Assembly (NCBI GenBank): GCA_964534415.1
Contig: CAZHOL010000001.1
Coordinates: forward strand, 1 to 44,400
Length of the DNA stretch: 44,400 nt
Direction of reading: 5' to 3'
Source of the DNA: an uncultured Candidatus Saccharibacteria bacterium
GTDB lineage: Bacteria; Patescibacteriota; Minisyncoccia; Phycocordibacterales; JAACPR01
Program-made: the position numbers and the translations under genes
Notes under the pieces: generated by a model
Told to the model about the DNA's origin: nothing
Database searches by the model: none
The model's input: only the letters and a program-made list of their open reading frames with translations
In this document: in pieces, positions 42,403 to 44,400 of the stretch
Layout of the letters: each line of letters opens with the position of its first letter
Position numbering within the stretch: position 1 is the first letter of the stretch

Positions 42403-43089
42403 TCAATCAAGCTGGATAGCATTAGGCTTCGGTAATAAAGTCCGTGCACTATGTTCAACATGGACCTCTCTATTCTCCATTACCCCCTTACTTATCAATA
42501 GAGCTTCGTGCGCCATCGCGCAAACCTCTTTTAGGGTTGGCGAATGAGAAAGTCTGAGGTGCATCGAAAAGCTTTCAAACTTGTTGTCTATCACAAATTG
42601 CATAAAATCACGAATCTCAGGATCAAGCCAGTCGACCTCGAGTGCCTTCTCCATAAAGCTGATCAATGACCACGTTCTTTTGAATGACACGCGGCAGTAT
42701 ATTTTATTGACTGCAAATGGATTTTCATATTTCGGATTGTTTGAATCAAGTGGTCTAATAGTAAACACATTGCTCACACTCACGATGCTTGTGTCCATTT
42801 TGTCCATGGACTTCATCTCTTCGAGCAAAATCTCACAGATTTCTTTGGTGGTCGGTTCCTTTGAGAGGGAAAGCGTGCCACCATATGAAAAATGTTTGCT
42901 CGTCAAAATGTAGTCGAGAAAACCTTTGATGAATGCGTCAATTCCTTCAATTAAACGGATTTCGTTGGCGATTTTCACCCAATCATCTGTTTGAGTGAAC
43001 TCGACTCTCCACCAGCTCTTGCCAGCGGGTGCCGTATCTTTTATTCCTTCTGCTGGCACCAGTTTGAATAGCTGTGATTTGGCTTTCAT
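42403..43089 (-). CDS. Hypothetical 228-aa protein made of two homologous ~100-aa halves
   Basis: AGGAG lies 7 nt upstream. Promoter TTGACT-17-TAGAGT (43161-43133, minus strand). Internal repeat: WRVEF...TLSLSKEPTTKEICEIL versus CRVSF...HLRLSHSPTLKEVCAMA. Confidence 0.65.
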   Translation of the reverse strand: MKAKSQLFKLVPAEGIKDTAPAGKSWWRVEFTQTDDWVKIANEIRLIEGIDAFIKGFLDYILTSKHFSYGGTLSLSKEPTTKEICEILLEEMKSMDKMDTSIVSVSNVFTIRPLDSNNPKYENPFAVNKIYCRVSFKRTWSLISFMEKALEVDWLDPEIRDFMQFVIDNKFESFSMHLRLSHSPTLKEVCAMAHEALLISKGVMENREVHVEHSARTLLPKPNAIQLD

Positions 43090-43162
43090 TATGGGACTCC
43101 TGTATCTGGTTTAAAATAGCATTTCCTTTTCAACTCTATCTTTTTGACTGTTTGAAGTCAAT

Positions 43163-43206
43163 AAAAAAACCGGACGGCCAGAGCTGTTTGCTGTTGGCTG
43201 TCCGGT
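43163..43206 (-). terminator. Intrinsic terminator of the 191-aa gene
   Basis: Long hairpin ACCGGACGGCCAG... / ...CTGTTGGCTGTCCGGT (43169-43206). On the minus strand it is followed by T7. Confidence 0.7.
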
Positions 43207-43242
43207 ACTATTGTCGATTGGCGATTTACTAGTCAAATAACA

Positions 43243-43818
43243 TCAGCTGACCTGATCGGTGACGTCCTCCCAGTCCAGGGTCGTCGCTCGAGTGCCTTCT
43301 CCGCAAAATTCGCGAGAGAAAAGCAACTTGTATGCTTCAATGACACTCATCCCGTCATAGGGACTATCTGGTGAGTTGTAAAACTTGTCTTTCAGCTCAA
43401 TGTACAAGCCCATATAGAGCGTAATCCATGTATTGGGTATCAACTCAGGCACACAATCACAGAAAGTTTGAATCATTGTACGCATCAATTCGCCAAGAGT
43501 GCTGGTAACGGTCAGACCGTGTCTGATATCGGTCTGAGTCGCTTTATCACCGGTAAACATGTTGGGGTCAGCGACCAAGCACATCATGGAGTGAACTTTT
43601 GGTATCCAAATGCCACTCTCGAACTTCATCTCGGAATAGGTATGGAACAGATCGCAGATCAATGTGTGCTGATGTTTGTTCAACATGAACGGTAACGTTC
43701 TGCCTGAATAGGTCAGATGCACCGGCCAGTATTCTTCCGATTCAAATGGAGTTGAAATGATGCCAGCTTCGTAAAGTTTCGTACGCAACATAACATTGAC
43801 ATCGCTCGTGTTGCTCAT
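43243..43818 (-). CDS. Hypothetical 191-aa protein (orphan)
   Basis: GAGG upstream of the ATG. Promoter TTGACC-17-TAGAGT (43888-43860, minus strand). It has its own terminator. No known motif. Confidence 0.65.
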   Translation of the reverse strand: MSNTSDVNVMLRTKLYEAGIISTPFESEEYWPVHLTYSGRTLPFMLNKHQHTLICDLFHTYSEMKFESGIWIPKVHSMMCLVADPNMFTGDKATQTDIRHGLTVTSTLGELMRTMIQTFCDCVPELIPNTWITLYMGLYIELKDKFYNSPDSPYDGMSVIEAYKLLFSREFCGEGTRATTLDWEDVTDQVS

Positions 43819-43920
43819 GACAGAACCTCGGTTAGTTGTTGTATTGTACTTCTGCGATTACTCTATACCCGTAGGTTGCTGTGGTCAATAGGGGAGAATT
43901 CACTGTTTTAGCAGTTTTCT

Positions 43921-44043
43921 AAGTTTGAAAAAGCGACCAAATGATTCTTGCGAAAATATTTCAAGAATAATTTATTCTAGTAAGAGAATTTTTTTTCGAA
44001 TAATTTTAATAAAGGAGAGATTGATAAAGTTTGAAAAAGCGAC
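43921..44043 (+). repeat. 17-nt perfect direct repeat AAGTTTGAAAAAGCGAC, two copies 106 bp apart in an AT-rich intergenic region
   Basis: Copies at 43921-43937 and 44027-44043. Small inverted repeats (ATTCTTG/CAAGAAT, ATTCT/AGAAT) lie between them. Confidence 0.85.
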
Positions 44044-44257
44044 TGTGGATAACTTAATAGGGCTAGGGCCTTTATTTATATAGTATGTCGCACAATATAT
44101 CTTTGCGGTAACATCTATAAATAAGATAAGGCCAGAATCGACTACATTAATCCTGGCCAACTATCTTTGCATTATTGTGTTTAGATAAATTTAATTTAAT
44201 TAATTATATTTATTGACTATAACCATCCATAACTTCCCCCGAGACCATTAGAGATAT

Positions 44258-44400
44258 CTACGCCGCGAATTGCTGCAAAAATGCCCAAACCCATTTAACC
44301 ACTCCAGTGAGAAAGTTTGCTGCGATCAAGATAAGCTTTCCAAGAAATGCAAATAGTGGATAGAATAATCCTTCCCAAATCTTTCCGGCATTTAATCCGA
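44258..44400 (-). CDS. C-terminal 46 codons of a hydrophobic protein, 5' part outside the window
   Basis: My reverse translation is GLNAGKIWEGLFYPLFAFLGKLILIAANFLTGVVKWVWAFLQQFAA with stop TAG (44260-44258). The frame is open to the window edge. No function can be assigned. Confidence 0.4.
   Translation of the reverse strand, partial: GLNAGKIWEGLFYPLFAFLGKLILIAANFLTGVVKWVWAFLQQFAA

Noticed and set aside
43972-44160. 62-aa minus-strand ORF in the AT-rich gap.
   Set aside because: It lies in extremely AT-rich sequence with Ile/Lys/Asn-biased composition. It has no start signals and overlaps the direct-repeat region.
1-44400. Alternative genetic code (UGA recoded, as in some candidate phyla).
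   Set aside because: UGA clearly terminates def, rsmH and ftsI at conserved protein ends, with ATGA coupling to the next gene. All long genes are intact under the standard code.

Overview
Compact, AT-rich bacterial chromosome segment with about 55 protein genes, one tRNA, and no rRNA, CRISPR array, transposase or integrase. UGA is a stop codon (def, rsmH, ftsI), so the standard code applies. By inference only, the small genes, tight ATGA/TAATG couplings, type IV pilin cluster, salvage-type nucleotide enzymes and reduced replication proteins fit an ultra-small Patescibacteria/CPR-like lineage. Backbone genes: fmt-def-priA; mreB-holB-frr-rseP; proS-mreB-mreC-mreD-mrdA; greA-lysS; mraZ-rsmH-ftsL-ftsI-murF (no murE between ftsI and murF); tRNA-Glu(CUC); a four-gene minor-pilin operon; yqeY; rmuC; rplU; recR-dnaB; corA-cysS; ctpA-rplI; rpmA; an SLT-like muramidase. 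Orphan monocistronic units are scattered through this backbone, each with a TTGAC-type -35 box, a strong Shine-Dalgarno site and a GC-rich hairpin terminator. Many backbone genes instead have an extended -10 box only 6-8 nt from the ATG, which looks leaderless. The most interesting loci are: (1) a tandem pair of basic paralogues with a Cys-less HNH/HNN-spaced motif (26039-27144); (2) a four-gene orphan islet with divergent palindromic promoters and an internally duplicated protein (41138-43890); (3) two roughly 300-nt structured non-coding units with their own promoters and terminators (15312-15634, rich in UUCG tetraloops and next to a 42-aa membrane peptide gene; 20406-20737, next to tRNA-Glu). 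I could not match either RNA to a known family by eye. All functional calls rest on motif recognition in the supplied translations. No database search was possible.
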